DNA from: a virus
Taxonomy: Duplodnaviria; Caudoviricetes
Strand: one strand, 5' to 3'
IMG/VR virus record: IMGVR_UViG_2885358051_000002
Coordinates: 1 to 64,000 of that record
Length of the DNA: 64,000 bases
Shown: positions 37,600 through 47,600 of the stretch, piece after piece
Position numbering within the stretch: position 1 is the stretch's first letter
Layout: each line of letters opens with the position of its first letter
Position numbers and translations under genes: made by a program
Notes under the pieces: model-generated
What the model was told of the DNA's origin: nothing
The model's input: the letters and a program-made list of their open reading frames with translations, nothing else
Database searches by the model: none

Positions 37600-38484
37600 T
37601 TAAGTCAGAGAAGCATCAGGACCGGCAAACAAACGATGCTGGGAAAGGATTTCCTCGTGTATCAGAGATGCCGCCTGCTTCGCATTCGGATGCGGTTTTC
37701 CCGTATTACCGAGCAGACGAAGCCGAAAGATATGTCTCCATTCAAACGCCGAGTAGGTATATACCACGCGCGTTGCCGTATCAAGCGGCAGAAATCCCCG
37801 TGCATCCTGTGGAGGAAGACCGAGACGCAGCGCCATGCGATAAGCCCATTCCCCACACTTCCATGCCACGTTAGCCAAGAGTCGCTTCGTCCAGTGCGCA
37901 CAATCATACCAGTGAGGCAAACAGATGGTGATACCACGCCCCGGACGGCCGAAGTTCACGTAGCGTGTAGATTGTTCCGCTATGCTGTTCGGACTGGTAC
38001 GGTTCAGTTCACGAGATGTGCTTATCTGCGTCGTCAGACACACCGTATAGCGAAGACACATGAATGCTGTAGGGAAGTGCAGCTCAAGTGCCCGAGACAC
38101 GAACCTATCTACCGACACCTCATAGGGGGTAAGAATTTTGGCAATCTTCAGATTATCATTCAAGTACTGTCCGTTTGTGGACAGGAAATATATACGGCCG
38201 TCCATCCCTTTTTTCTTGTAATATACACAGGTCACAAAAGGCGTATTCGTCAGTGCCACGCACAGACATGCCGGAACATCAGAAGTATTGCCAGATTGGA
38301 ACACATAATAGTAAGACGCATGTCGGAACATCGAAAGATGTCCACGTGAAGCCAATTCATCACACAGTTCCTCCGGAGATTTCTTTCCCCCTTCGGACGC
38401 ATAGCATACGCGTGCTGCACGAGCCACGTGCGCCGGATTAGAATTGTTTACCCACAGTTCTGCGGATGGAAGTATTTTTTTCAT
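37600..38484 (-). CDS. thyX: FAD-dependent thymidylate synthase
   Basis: AARVCY, GHLSMFRH, SRELNR...AEQSTRYV, QDARGFLPLDTAT and WRHIFRLR motifs. Confidence 0.88.
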   Translation of the reverse strand: MKKILPSAELWVNNSNPAHVARAARVCYASEGGKKSPEELCDELASRGHLSMFRHASYYYVFQSGNTSDVPACLCVALTNTPFVTCVYYKKKGMDGRIYFLSTNGQYLNDNLKIAKILTPYEVSVDRFVSRALELHFPTAFMCLRYTVCLTTQISTSRELNRTSPNSIAEQSTRYVNFGRPGRGITICLPHWYDCAHWTKRLLANVAWKCGEWAYRMALRLGLPPQDARGFLPLDTATRVVYTYSAFEWRHIFRLRLLGNTGKPHPNAKQAASLIHEEILSQHRLFAGPDASLT

Positions 38485-38761
38485 TATTACATAGATTATA
38501 CCGTTTTACAAATTTCGCCTCATTGAGACAAATGTGCACATCCGTCCGGTTGCGCAAGAAAGAGTATTTGATGTTCAACTCATCCGACAATCCATCCGCT
38601 TCCACACACCACTGACCAAGGTAAAAATCGTAATGAACCGGAGCCTTGTATCGAAATGTTGTAAAAAAGCGTTCTCCATTACGGAGCATGATGTCGATGT
38701 CAAGGAATATAAACCGTTGCCCGGTGCCATCGACAAACGAATGTTTCGGAGGAGCTTTCAT
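38438..38761 (-). CDS. Hypothetical protein
   Basis: 107-aa ORF overlapping the thyX start. Confidence 0.5.
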   Translation of the reverse strand: MKAPPKHSFVDGTGQRFIFLDIDIMLRNGERFFTTFRYKAPVHYDFYLGQWCVEADGLSDELNIKYSFLRNRTDVHICLNEAKFVKRYNLCNNEKNTSIRRTVGKQF

Positions 38762-38768
38762 ATATTCT

Positions 38769-39779
38769 TTAAGACTTTAATGTGATACCATATTGCGCAC
38801 AGATGTTAAAGAATGTGCCGATACCTATGCGGTCCGGCCGGCTGAGCGCATTGAACTTCTGATCGCAGAGAGAAGCATTATACTTCTGACAGATGGCAGA
38901 CACACGATGGAAGAAGTTGCGCCCCCACGGATCGGGTAAATTAGCCAGGGCAAATCCGACACGAAACCAGTCTGCATAGTCATTAGTGATGTCAATATGG
39001 TGCCGCTCCAGTTTCTCCACCAGAATACCCACCTTGTTCACAAGGTCATCCGAGGGCTCCGTATGCGGTTGATATACGGCCGCCTTTGGCGCCAGCATCT
39101 GAGAACCGAGGTCGATACCCGAATACGGGATTACATTCGGGTTAATATACGGATGTTCATCGTAGGAAGCGAAACGGATGCGCGTCACATCGCCACACTG
39201 CTTGTCAATGACGATTCCCAGTGCCGCATATTCGCGGAGCAAGGCACGGAACTGTTCCTTGTGGTACTGCGGATAATCCAGCGGGATAAGCGCAAAATAC
39301 CCCGTTCCAGAGCAGGACAGCATCAGGAGTGCCACTTCGGGACGATGACGCAATGTACGAAGGACAGATTTCATATCCGAAAGCGACTGATTATCCTGCA
39401 GGTCGATGTCGATGCAAAGAAAACCCGTATGTTGAAGCAGATGTGCCGTGCGCCGACTCACATGTTCCGTCACTGAAAACAGTTCTCCTGTCTTCCGGTT
39501 CACTTTCTCCGAGGTCACTTCGCGCAGTTCAAAAAGTCCCGAAAGCGTAGCCCCAGGCAGAATCGTTTTCATCTTCTTGTAGTCCTCCCGTTTCTTCGCC
39601 TCCTTTGCCCCATACTGATCCACCAAGCCACGCAACTGCATGACCACCGATTTCCAGCGGTCAGTGAGGCAGAAGTCGCGGATGGTCATCTGCCGGATGA
39701 CACTATTCGTAGTACGGTCGTAGAACCGTCCCACATTATCGTGCGCATCCGTATATATAGAGCAAAGTTTATCAAACAT
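38769..39779 (-). CDS. BT4734/VirE-N-like primase domain with PriCT-2 C-terminus
   Basis: HTGFLCIDID, SCSGTGY and DVTRIRFASYD; C-terminal DITNDYADWFRVGFAL. Confidence 0.8.
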   Translation of the reverse strand: MFDKLCSIYTDAHDNVGRFYDRTTNSVIRQMTIRDFCLTDRWKSVVMQLRGLVDQYGAKEAKKREDYKKMKTILPGATLSGLFELREVTSEKVNRKTGELFSVTEHVSRRTAHLLQHTGFLCIDIDLQDNQSLSDMKSVLRTLRHRPEVALLMLSCSGTGYFALIPLDYPQYHKEQFRALLREYAALGIVIDKQCGDVTRIRFASYDEHPYINPNVIPYSGIDLGSQMLAPKAAVYQPHTEPSDDLVNKVGILVEKLERHHIDITNDYADWFRVGFALANLPDPWGRNFFHRVSAICQKYNASLCDQKFNALSRPDRIGIGTFFNICAQYGITLKS

Positions 39780-39791
39780 AGAAAAGGCTAT

Positions 39792-40127
39792 TCAATTCTT
39801 ATTTCTGTCATTATTCTTTTTAAGTTGCCCGTTATGACAGGCTTTGGGCATTTCCGCATGAAGTCGCTCCTTCATTTTGTCAAAGAAGCCACAGAACGAG
39901 TCCATCATGTCCACCTGACTATTCAGTTCCTGCATGAAGCACATCAGCATCAACATGGAAGAACCCAGGACCTCTATTGAGGTGAACGGATTGATACCTG
40001 CCTCTTTCATAAGAGTCAGTACCTTCGGTGTCATTTCTTGCTGAACCTTCAGCGACTCCTCTATGCGCTTCTGCTCGTTTTTGGATGTCAGACACCGGTC
40101 CTTGTCAATTTTCAATTTCTTAATCAT
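39792..40127 (-). CDS. Hypothetical protein
   Basis: ORF 39792..40190; probable ATG at 40127 (MIKKLK). Confidence 0.5.
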   Translation of the reverse strand: MIKKLKIDKDRCLTSKNEQKRIEESLKVQQEMTPKVLTLMKEAGINPFTSIEVLGSSMLMLMCFMQELNSQVDMMDSFCGFFDKMKERLHAEMPKACHNGQLKKNNDRNKN

Positions 40128-40140
40128 ATACACATTTGTA

Positions 40141-40524
40141 TTATAAAGGTGGATTTTTACGTATGAAACGCGCATACAAACATTCCACAATATAGTTGAA
40201 TGCGAGGGTGACAGCGAATCCCGTCACGACATATAGTACAGATGTGAGCCACCATGCCAGCCAAGCGAAGATCAAGGCTATAATCAGTTGAACACAGATT
40301 TCCTGTATATAATTTTTTTTGAAATAAGCATTACGCCATCGCCGTGGCTTGTCTGGATCCTTAATTTTGTAGTATCTCCAGGATGCGAATCCCCCCGTAA
40401 ACATAGCAGCCAGTATGGAGCCTACAAGCAGCCAGGGAGCGTTCAGCAACGGCATAATCCAGCATCCAATGCCTAACACGAAGGCAAGCAGTGACCAGTT
40501 GAGAATGAAAAAATACCTGTTCAT
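40141..40524 (-). CDS. Four-TM membrane protein
   Basis: Four hydrophobic segments; first gene behind a canonical promoter. Confidence 0.65.
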   Translation of the reverse strand: MNRYFFILNWSLLAFVLGIGCWIMPLLNAPWLLVGSILAAMFTGGFASWRYYKIKDPDKPRRWRNAYFKKNYIQEICVQLIIALIFAWLAWWLTSVLYVVTGFAVTLAFNYIVECLYARFIRKNPPL

Positions 40525-40550
40525 CGTGGTTATAATCTGTTATTGTGCTA

Positions 40551-40581
40551 CAAAAATAAAGGTTTTAATCGGATTTACAAA
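40551..40581 (-). promoter_or_regulatory. Canonical Bacteroidetes promoter (TTTG-N19-TATTTTTG)
   Basis: + strand CAAAAATA 40551-40558 and CAAA 40578-40581. Confidence 0.65.
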
Positions 40582-41486
40582 ATAAAATCTCTTGTTTTTG
40601 CGATTACGCCCCTTATTTTTAACGTTTAAGGTTGATTTCGATGAGGAAAGGATGAAAATCTGTCTGCCTGAGTATGTTTATCAGATGTCTTCTAATGGGA
40701 CAACCCGATGACCAGTATTCTCGGAACTTAGCTCTCCGCCTTTGCTCACCACCCCACTCTCCTTATCTTTTTCCTTAGATCCTCAAAATAACTTTTTGAA
40801 GGTTGAGACAATGAAAAGGGGAAAGTCAGAAATGAAATAAAAAGTTGAGCAAAGAGACTAAAAGAGGGGAAAAGTAATTTTGAAAAATGCTCCAAAACAC
40901 TGAAAACTATTACCCTTATACAAGTAAAAAGTTATTTTACCCTCTTTTTTACAAACATTCCGCACACAGGAAGAAAAACAAAAAAAAAGAAAAATCTATC
41001 AGAAACAAGCCAAAATCCCCTCATTTTGCTATCCATAATTTTTTCCTAATTATCTAATAGTCAAAAGAGAAAGTGGAACTTTCGTATATTGCTTTATGCC
41101 TTTTGAGGTCTGGGGAAAAGAGGGTCTTGGAGAGACGCAAAATTCGCAAAATAATCAGCAGGGTATGGAGAAAAACCACTTTTTCTCCTTTTGGACTTGA
41201 AAAAGGAGGGATAAAAGGAGGAAAAGTAGCGGAAATACAAGGGATTCCGAAGATGGGAGGACACTCTTAGCCCTCCTCCTTTTAGTCTCCCTAAGCATCC
41301 TTGAAAATCAGGAATGGCAAAACACACACGAACAGGAGTTTTTTTTGCGCGACCGCTTGCACATGTCAGGGGGATTTAGTAAATTTGCATTGTATATTAA
41401 ATTGGGATATTGTTTGCTTTTTGTTTTGTTATAGGAATTGGAGCCTCTCCATTAGGTCAATAGCGGTTAATCCCAATAAGGTGAGA

Positions 41487-41519
41487 CCAAAAGCGCCCCG
41501 AAGTCCAAACTTCGAGGCG
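41487..41519 (-). terminator. Probable terminator ending the tape-measure/ACP/KS operon
   Basis: CGCCCCGAAG/CTTCGAGGCG stem followed on the minus strand by CTTTT, ~30 nt past the KS stop. Confidence 0.55.
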
Positions 41520-41550
41520 TTGTCTTGTCGATAAGTGGACACCGATTGTC

Positions 41551-42780
41551 CTACGGAAGAAGGTTGAGGAATATGGCCGCGTTGGTACCACCGAAACCAA
41601 AAGAATTGCACAGACAAAGCCCGTGATTGTATTCCTGTGGTCGCGTGGGAATAATGAGAGATGAAGCTGCGCTGTCCTTTTCGGCAAGATGGGGGTGCGG
41701 GGAGACAAAGCCTCCTTGCTGCTGGATGATGGCATAGACGATAGTCGATACCCCGGACATCCAACACTCGTGTCCGGTAAGTGCCTTGATTGGCACCGTG
41801 AGTGGTGGCCGTTCCATCCGCTTCGTCAGTTCAGAGATAGCCTGAGCTTCCGCCGAGTCCCCATCCCTTGTAGAAGTCGCGTGCGGGAAGATGGTTGTCA
41901 GTTGCGGTACGGGTGTCTCCTTGCCCAGCGCCATACGCATTGCCGCGAGAATGCTGTCGGCCGACGGAGACACGATGTTTGGTGATGTAGAGAAACCATA
42001 ACCCAGTACCTCCGCCATCGGATAGTGCAATCTGCCGGACATAGAAAACCTTTGCGCGTAATGCTCTTCCGATTCTATCACCAGTGCCGCTGCACCACCC
42101 GACGGAACAAGACCATCACGCGATTTGTCAAACGGCCGGGAGGCTGTGGAGGGGGAAGACTCATTGCGAGAGAACACCCCCAGCGCATCAAATGCCGTAT
42201 AAGCCAGTGTACCCACTTCCTGCGCCCCTACCACCACTGCAGCGTCGATGATACCAGATGCTATCAAAGAGTGAGCGATGCCGACGGCATGGCCACCACC
42301 GGCACATGCCGCAGAAAGCGTCAGCGAAAGCCCGCTGAATCCAAAGATAGATGCCAGTGCCATAGATACCGTAGAGTTCAGCGAGCGAAAGACCTGAAAG
42401 CCCCCTACCCTTCGTGTATCGTGATATGTCTCCATGATGCCCTCCGTCTCGGCATTGGCACAAGCCGTGGAGTCATTGCTTACGATGAGCGCATAGCGAG
42501 AGCAGTCCGTGATGGACGCCTGTGCAAGCGCCTGTTTCACCGCCATGTAGGCATAGATTGACGGCTCGGAAAGACATTTGCGCTGTGCGTTACGCAGCGG
42601 TTCTTTTGTTAAGTCTGGCATGGAAACCAAGCCCGTGAGAGAAGATTGGTAGCCATATACCTTTCGCGCATGAGATATACCGATACCAGGAGTGCCGGAG
42701 CGGAGACTTTTCGCCACCTCTCCCTGAGACCGGCCGAGACAGGACCAGATACCTATTCCCGTGATTAAAGATTGTCGCAT
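41551..42780 (-). CDS. Beta-ketoacyl-ACP synthase (FabB/FabF family)
   Basis: Cys-His-His triad in SAACAGG, PHATST and KALTGHECW; also SRPFDKSRDG and NSFGFGGTNA. Confidence 0.93.
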   Translation of the reverse strand: MRQSLITGIGIWSCLGRSQGEVAKSLRSGTPGIGISHARKVYGYQSSLTGLVSMPDLTKEPLRNAQRKCLSEPSIYAYMAVKQALAQASITDCSRYALIVSNDSTACANAETEGIMETYHDTRRVGGFQVFRSLNSTVSMALASIFGFSGLSLTLSAACAGGGHAVGIAHSLIASGIIDAAVVVGAQEVGTLAYTAFDALGVFSRNESSPSTASRPFDKSRDGLVPSGGAAALVIESEEHYAQRFSMSGRLHYPMAEVLGYGFSTSPNIVSPSADSILAAMRMALGKETPVPQLTTIFPHATSTRDGDSAEAQAISELTKRMERPPLTVPIKALTGHECWMSGVSTIVYAIIQQQGGFVSPHPHLAEKDSAASSLIIPTRPQEYNHGLCLCNSFGFGGTNAAIFLNLLP

Positions 42781-43034
42781 ACAGAAGGTTTTTTGGAGAT
42801 AAGAAAACTGATTACATCACGAATGGTGCGAACATTTTTAACGTCCACGCTGTTCAAATCGACCGAAAAAGCCGTCTCTATCCCAATGATAAAGTCCACT
42901 ATGTCGAGCGACTCCATACCTATGTCGCAGGATAGGCTGGAATCAAGAGTGATAGACTCCTTTGGTGGCATGAATGCGCTGTCGAAACGAGCCAAAAGGA
43001 TTTCGAGAATCCGAGGGAAAATTTTTTCTTCCAT
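42765..43034 (-). CDS. acpP: Acyl carrier protein
   Basis: DIGMESLDIVDFIIGIETAF (phosphopantetheine Ser; ESL instead of DSL) and VRTIRDV; overlaps the KS start. Confidence 0.85.
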   Translation of the reverse strand: MEEKIFPRILEILLARFDSAFMPPKESITLDSSLSCDIGMESLDIVDFIIGIETAFSVDLNSVDVKNVRTIRDVISFLISKKPSVCDNL

Positions 43035-43054
43035 GAATAAATGAATTGATGAAT

Positions 43055-43471
43055 TTATGATTTTATGAAACGCAAGACTTCAAGTACACGCAATTCCTCC
43101 TTTGTCGCAAACTCTTCAGGTGGCAACGCCCTTACGAGTTTTGCTGTATTACGATTATATTCAGTGATGCAGTATTCAAGTTTAACGCACACATGTGGGA
43201 ACGGCCTACTGTTACTGTAATCCATATACTTTCCACACGACTTACGCAGCATCGGTGTGTCATCCGGAATATCGACGATAATGCAAGCATCATACGACAC
43301 GATGCCTTTGAGGTACCTCCATGCCGTCTTAGGTTCATCCGGAGAAAAGCAGAACCCCTTTGAGACAGATCCACCTTTTCCACCTCTGTAATGGTCGGTA
43401 TTGTTGATAAGTGTCTCTCCTGCCAAGAATTTGTCAAATTCTTGGCGAGAACAAAATCTTGTGAGTATCAT
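43055..43471 (-). CDS. Hypothetical protein
   Basis: 138 aa, coupled to the upstream ORF. Confidence 0.55.
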   Translation of the reverse strand: MILTRFCSRQEFDKFLAGETLINNTDHYRGGKGGSVSKGFCFSPDEPKTAWRYLKGIVSYDACIIVDIPDDTPMLRKSCGKYMDYSNSRPFPHVCVKLEYCITEYNRNTAKLVRALPPEEFATKEELRVLEVLRFIKS

Positions 43472-44580
43472 TTCTTTTTGGATTTCATTTGTTTGTTAAT
43501 ACGCTCCATCTCCTCGTTGTGCCGTGAGATGTCTTCGAGTTGTTGGAGGATAGTCGTATAAGGTTCTCTGTCCACATCACGCGCCGTCATGGACAGATAC
43601 TTCTCCATCGTTGCCGTTGTTCGCGTATAGATTTCAAGAGGGTTAGGTTGCCGCTCATTTTTCCCCACAGGTTGTTTCTTGAATACCTTGGGAAACATCT
43701 TTGCTAAATACATCATCATGGACGACCACCAAAGAAGGACAAGTTGCCAGTCACGATCAGGGAAATTGCGAAAGTAAGGTGCATTATCCGACGACTGATT
43801 GGACTGATAATGGAAGCGCGTCACGGTACGCCCCGTTTCTTCGTCAATATATGTGATACGCCGCTCGTATATAGTTGCGAGGAATAACGCCTTTGCCAAA
43901 TCCACGTTTTTAGAAGCCATCAGCAAATCATTCGGAGAAATCTTCCGTCCCATCCGTTGCATCTTCACGAGATGGTTCTGTGCGTTCATATAGTTTTGCA
44001 TATACTCCTGCGCAAAGCGATACCGCTGCCAGGAGAAGCCATCCATGAGGGGTGCGGGGCCACGAAAGGGCACCTTGCGCAGCGACAAACCACGGCGCCG
44101 ACGGATATTGCGAAGAAGAAACAGAAGCAAGCCATTACCCTGCGTCATATCCAGCCAATCCAACATACCCGGTTGCGCCCTATTCCTCCCTTTGGCCGGG
44201 ACGCCGGAAAGCCACGAGTGAATTTGCCACACATAGAGAGAAAACGTATCGTCATATCCACAGATGCGCCGGATGCACCACGACCTAAACGACCGCCATG
44301 CCCGATAAACGAAGAACCACAAACGCCCCTCATCCTCAATAGAGTAAGAGCGCATCCGGCAAAGGTAATACTGTGCTTCGACCGGCACACGAGGATTCAG
44401 CGGTTCAACCACCTCTATGTTCGTGAGTCGGAAGAACACCGCAATCTTCACCTCCATCATATCAAAAGGACGGAGAGGAGAGGAAAGGAAAGCCCGCTCC
44501 GTCATAATCTCCGCTATTGCCCGAAGTTGTGCGAGCGTACACCTGTTCCACGAAACAGGAAGTCTCAAATCTATCTGCAT
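43468..44580 (-). CDS. Tail-region protein (possible tail assembly chaperone)
   Basis: 370-aa ORF next to the tape measure; MQIDLRLPVSWNRCTLAQL N-terminus. Confidence 0.5.
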   Translation of the reverse strand: MQIDLRLPVSWNRCTLAQLRAIAEIMTERAFLSSPLRPFDMMEVKIAVFFRLTNIEVVEPLNPRVPVEAQYYLCRMRSYSIEDEGRLWFFVYRAWRSFRSWCIRRICGYDDTFSLYVWQIHSWLSGVPAKGRNRAQPGMLDWLDMTQGNGLLLFLLRNIRRRRGLSLRKVPFRGPAPLMDGFSWQRYRFAQEYMQNYMNAQNHLVKMQRMGRKISPNDLLMASKNVDLAKALFLATIYERRITYIDEETGRTVTRFHYQSNQSSDNAPYFRNFPDRDWQLVLLWWSSMMMYLAKMFPKVFKKQPVGKNERQPNPLEIYTRTTATMEKYLSMTARDVDREPYTTILQQLEDISRHNEEMERINKQMKSKKK

Positions 44581-44611
44581 ATCCTATACTATATACAACA
44601 AAAGTTACACA

Positions 44612-47600
44612 TCAACCCTTCCATCTACGGTCGCCCGAATTGCGCCGCATGAAGGCAGCACCCGATGCCGCCTCTTCCGTAACGGAACCCCGCCCAAACT
44701 TATTCACATGAAGACCATTGCGTTGGATAAGCGTCATCATTGCCGCGAAACCATCGAGCGAAGCACGGAGAGACGCCACATCCTCGGAAGAAAGACCAAC
44801 AGGATGCGTGTCAGTCGTCGCGGAGAAGTCCTGCACGTTGCCACTGTCGTAAGCACGATATGTCATACCTGAGCGATAGCGGTCGAACTTCACAATTTCC
44901 GCCATAAGGTCAGGCCGTGCCATCATCATGGCCGCTGTCGTCTCACGACCGATAACCATTTCCGGTCCACGTTCCGCCACAAGTGCCGGCTGTCCATTGA
45001 TGAGTGTCGTGATAGGATCGCGGACAAGCCCAGTGGACAGTTCACCCCCATCCTTGGCCGCATACACATTACCATCGTTACCCACGACCGGATAAGTTTT
45101 TCCATCCTCTACACCTCGGAAAGCCTGCACGTTACCACTATCATAAGTCAGCATACCCGTGACCAGTTTCACATTCGGCCCAGCATCCGAAGACTTGTCG
45201 CCGCCACCCCCAAAGAGCGAAGACACCTTGCTCATAGCGAATGATAGCAAGCCATTCAACAAGGCCGTGATGACCGCCACGAGCGGAATACCCCACCAAC
45301 CGAGCGAACCAATGATTTTAGACGCGCCACTGGCGATACCCATCGTCGTGTTCGCCTGCGTCTTGGCCGATTCCGTCTGCACCTCCTGTTGCGTCTGCGT
45401 CTGCTGCACCTGCAAGGTCTCCTGACCTATCTCCTGCGTAGCCTGTTTGATATTACCCTGTACCTCCTCATTCAAGAACTCCTGAGCCTGGCCACCCACC
45501 TCTTGTGTTTCGGTGATTTGGTCCTGCTTATCCGCTTCGAGCGCGACCATTTTCTTAGTCGATTTCTTCATTGACACAGAAGTAAGACGGTCATTCATCT
45601 TCTGCATGATGCGCCGTTTAGCATACTCTTTAGTCATCTCGATGGTCTGCTTCATAAAGGCTTTAATCATTTCACGGGTTGCCTCCTTCATCGCCTCTTG
45701 TCCTGCATCCGCATCCTCCGTCATAGTCGCGAAAGCCTCTCCGATGGAAGACCCGAAATCCTCGACCGGAGTCGCCAACTGGTAGATGTCATTGATACGC
45801 TGCTTCATCTGTTCGGCCACAGAGCGAGCATACTCCATTTCAGACCTTAGTATAGCCTGTTCCGCATCGCGGAGCGTTTCTGCATCCGCCTGGTGCGCAG
45901 CGAGGAAATCATAGTACGCCGCAGCAGCCTCCATCTTGAGCCGATAGGCATCAATTTCAGGGTCGTGCCCCATCGAGGATATGAATGATGCCGCACCATA
46001 AGTATCCTTTCGCGGAATACTCTCCCCATTCTCTTTGCGGGCTTGCACATCCGCAGAATACTGGCCAACACCGGACGACAGCATCTCGGTGTAATTCTGC
46101 GCAGTCTCGTTTTCATGGAACTCCGGCCGTTTCATCCATTGCTCATCAAGAATCTTCTTCTGTCTCTCGCGCGACTTTTTAAGGGCTTCGGTATAAGAGT
46201 CCGAGTATTTAATAAGTTCGCGATAGAAAACGCGGAGTTCATCACCAGACAGATTAAGGACCTGCGTTAATTCCGTGTCGGAGTTCTTCCAGTCTTCACC
46301 GAAAAGGATTGTCATCAAGTCGTTCTTATCCTTAGCAGCAAAAAGATCCGTGATGTGAGTTCGAGCCGTCAGCAACACACGTTCGATTTCATTGGCACGG
46401 CGTTGCAATAAACGCTCCGCATCTTCACCCCCTGCGAGGAGAGTGTCGGCCTGTGCTTCTGACAAATCGAAGAAACCGAGTTTCTCCATAGACTGTGTAT
46501 ATTCATCATCCACCTTTGCTGTATAGTTATCATCCAAGAGACGGCTTTGCACCTCTCTACGTCGTCTCTGTTCTACGGTCTCATTCGTCTTCTCATTGAG
46601 TGAGGCATTCTTCCATATCGCATCAATGGAAGCATTCCCGGGGATTTCAAGATTGGCCGACAAATTCATTATGAGATTCCGAAGTGCAACGGTATTGGAC
46701 GCATTGATATTATCAAGCAACACCTTTGACTCATTGTAACCTACTTCATCAGCCTGTTCTATCATGTCCGTTTTCATTGTATCACGGAACGATTCCCATG
46801 TATTTTCCACACCCGCGATGGATTTACGAGCCTGAGAGAGTGCAAGGTTCATACGGCCTTCCACCGCCCGTACAGCAGATTCCGTGAGAGCCGTGTCCCA
46901 ATTCTGTTCGTTTGCCGTGCGGAGCACCTCTGTAATCTGCCTCTGATAGAAGTTTTTTATGTTATCAATGACGGCACGAGCCTGGTCCTGAGCATCTTTC
47001 AAGTCTCTTCTCCACTCCTGCTTTTGCCGCGCCGCTTCCTCCTTGGCACGTTTGAGCGCATCTTTGTCAGGAGCTTCATTGTCAAGAGTGCCAGGTTCTT
47101 CATTTTGAACAGAGACATCGGTAATCGTGTCCTCAAAAGGTTTCCATTTCTTATTGACACGATCCATAGCGTTATTGGCTGACACTATTTGCGAAACATA
47201 ACGCATTGCACGATAAAGTTGCTGTTCTTTTGCTGTCAAGTTGCGAGTATTCGATTCCCTACTCATCATGCTCATTACAGCAGACTCGCCATTATCTACA
47301 GCATAAGGAGCAACCGCACTATAATCTTCTTGCGATTTTTCGATGTCTGTCCATTTAGTTGGTACTGCACGAGAACGATTTTTAATGGCATCACTAATAA
47401 TTTTAGCATCCACGTTCCATTTTTTACCAAGATCTTTTCCTATCTGTTCAATAGACTTACCGGCTTCCAAGGCATCTTCAACATATCCCTTCAACCATTC
47501 TCCATTCTGACCCGGATTAGCTCTTTCATCATATTCAGAAAGTCTGTCAGCCGCCCATCCTATACGAGGAGTCACTTGTTTTTCTATATCCTTCTCGCGG

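Noticed and set aside
40697-40703. GGGACAA copy as a seventh late promoter
   Set aside because: No CAAAnnTA at the 21-nt position (sequence is CTGAGTAT); the same applies to the copy at 50486.
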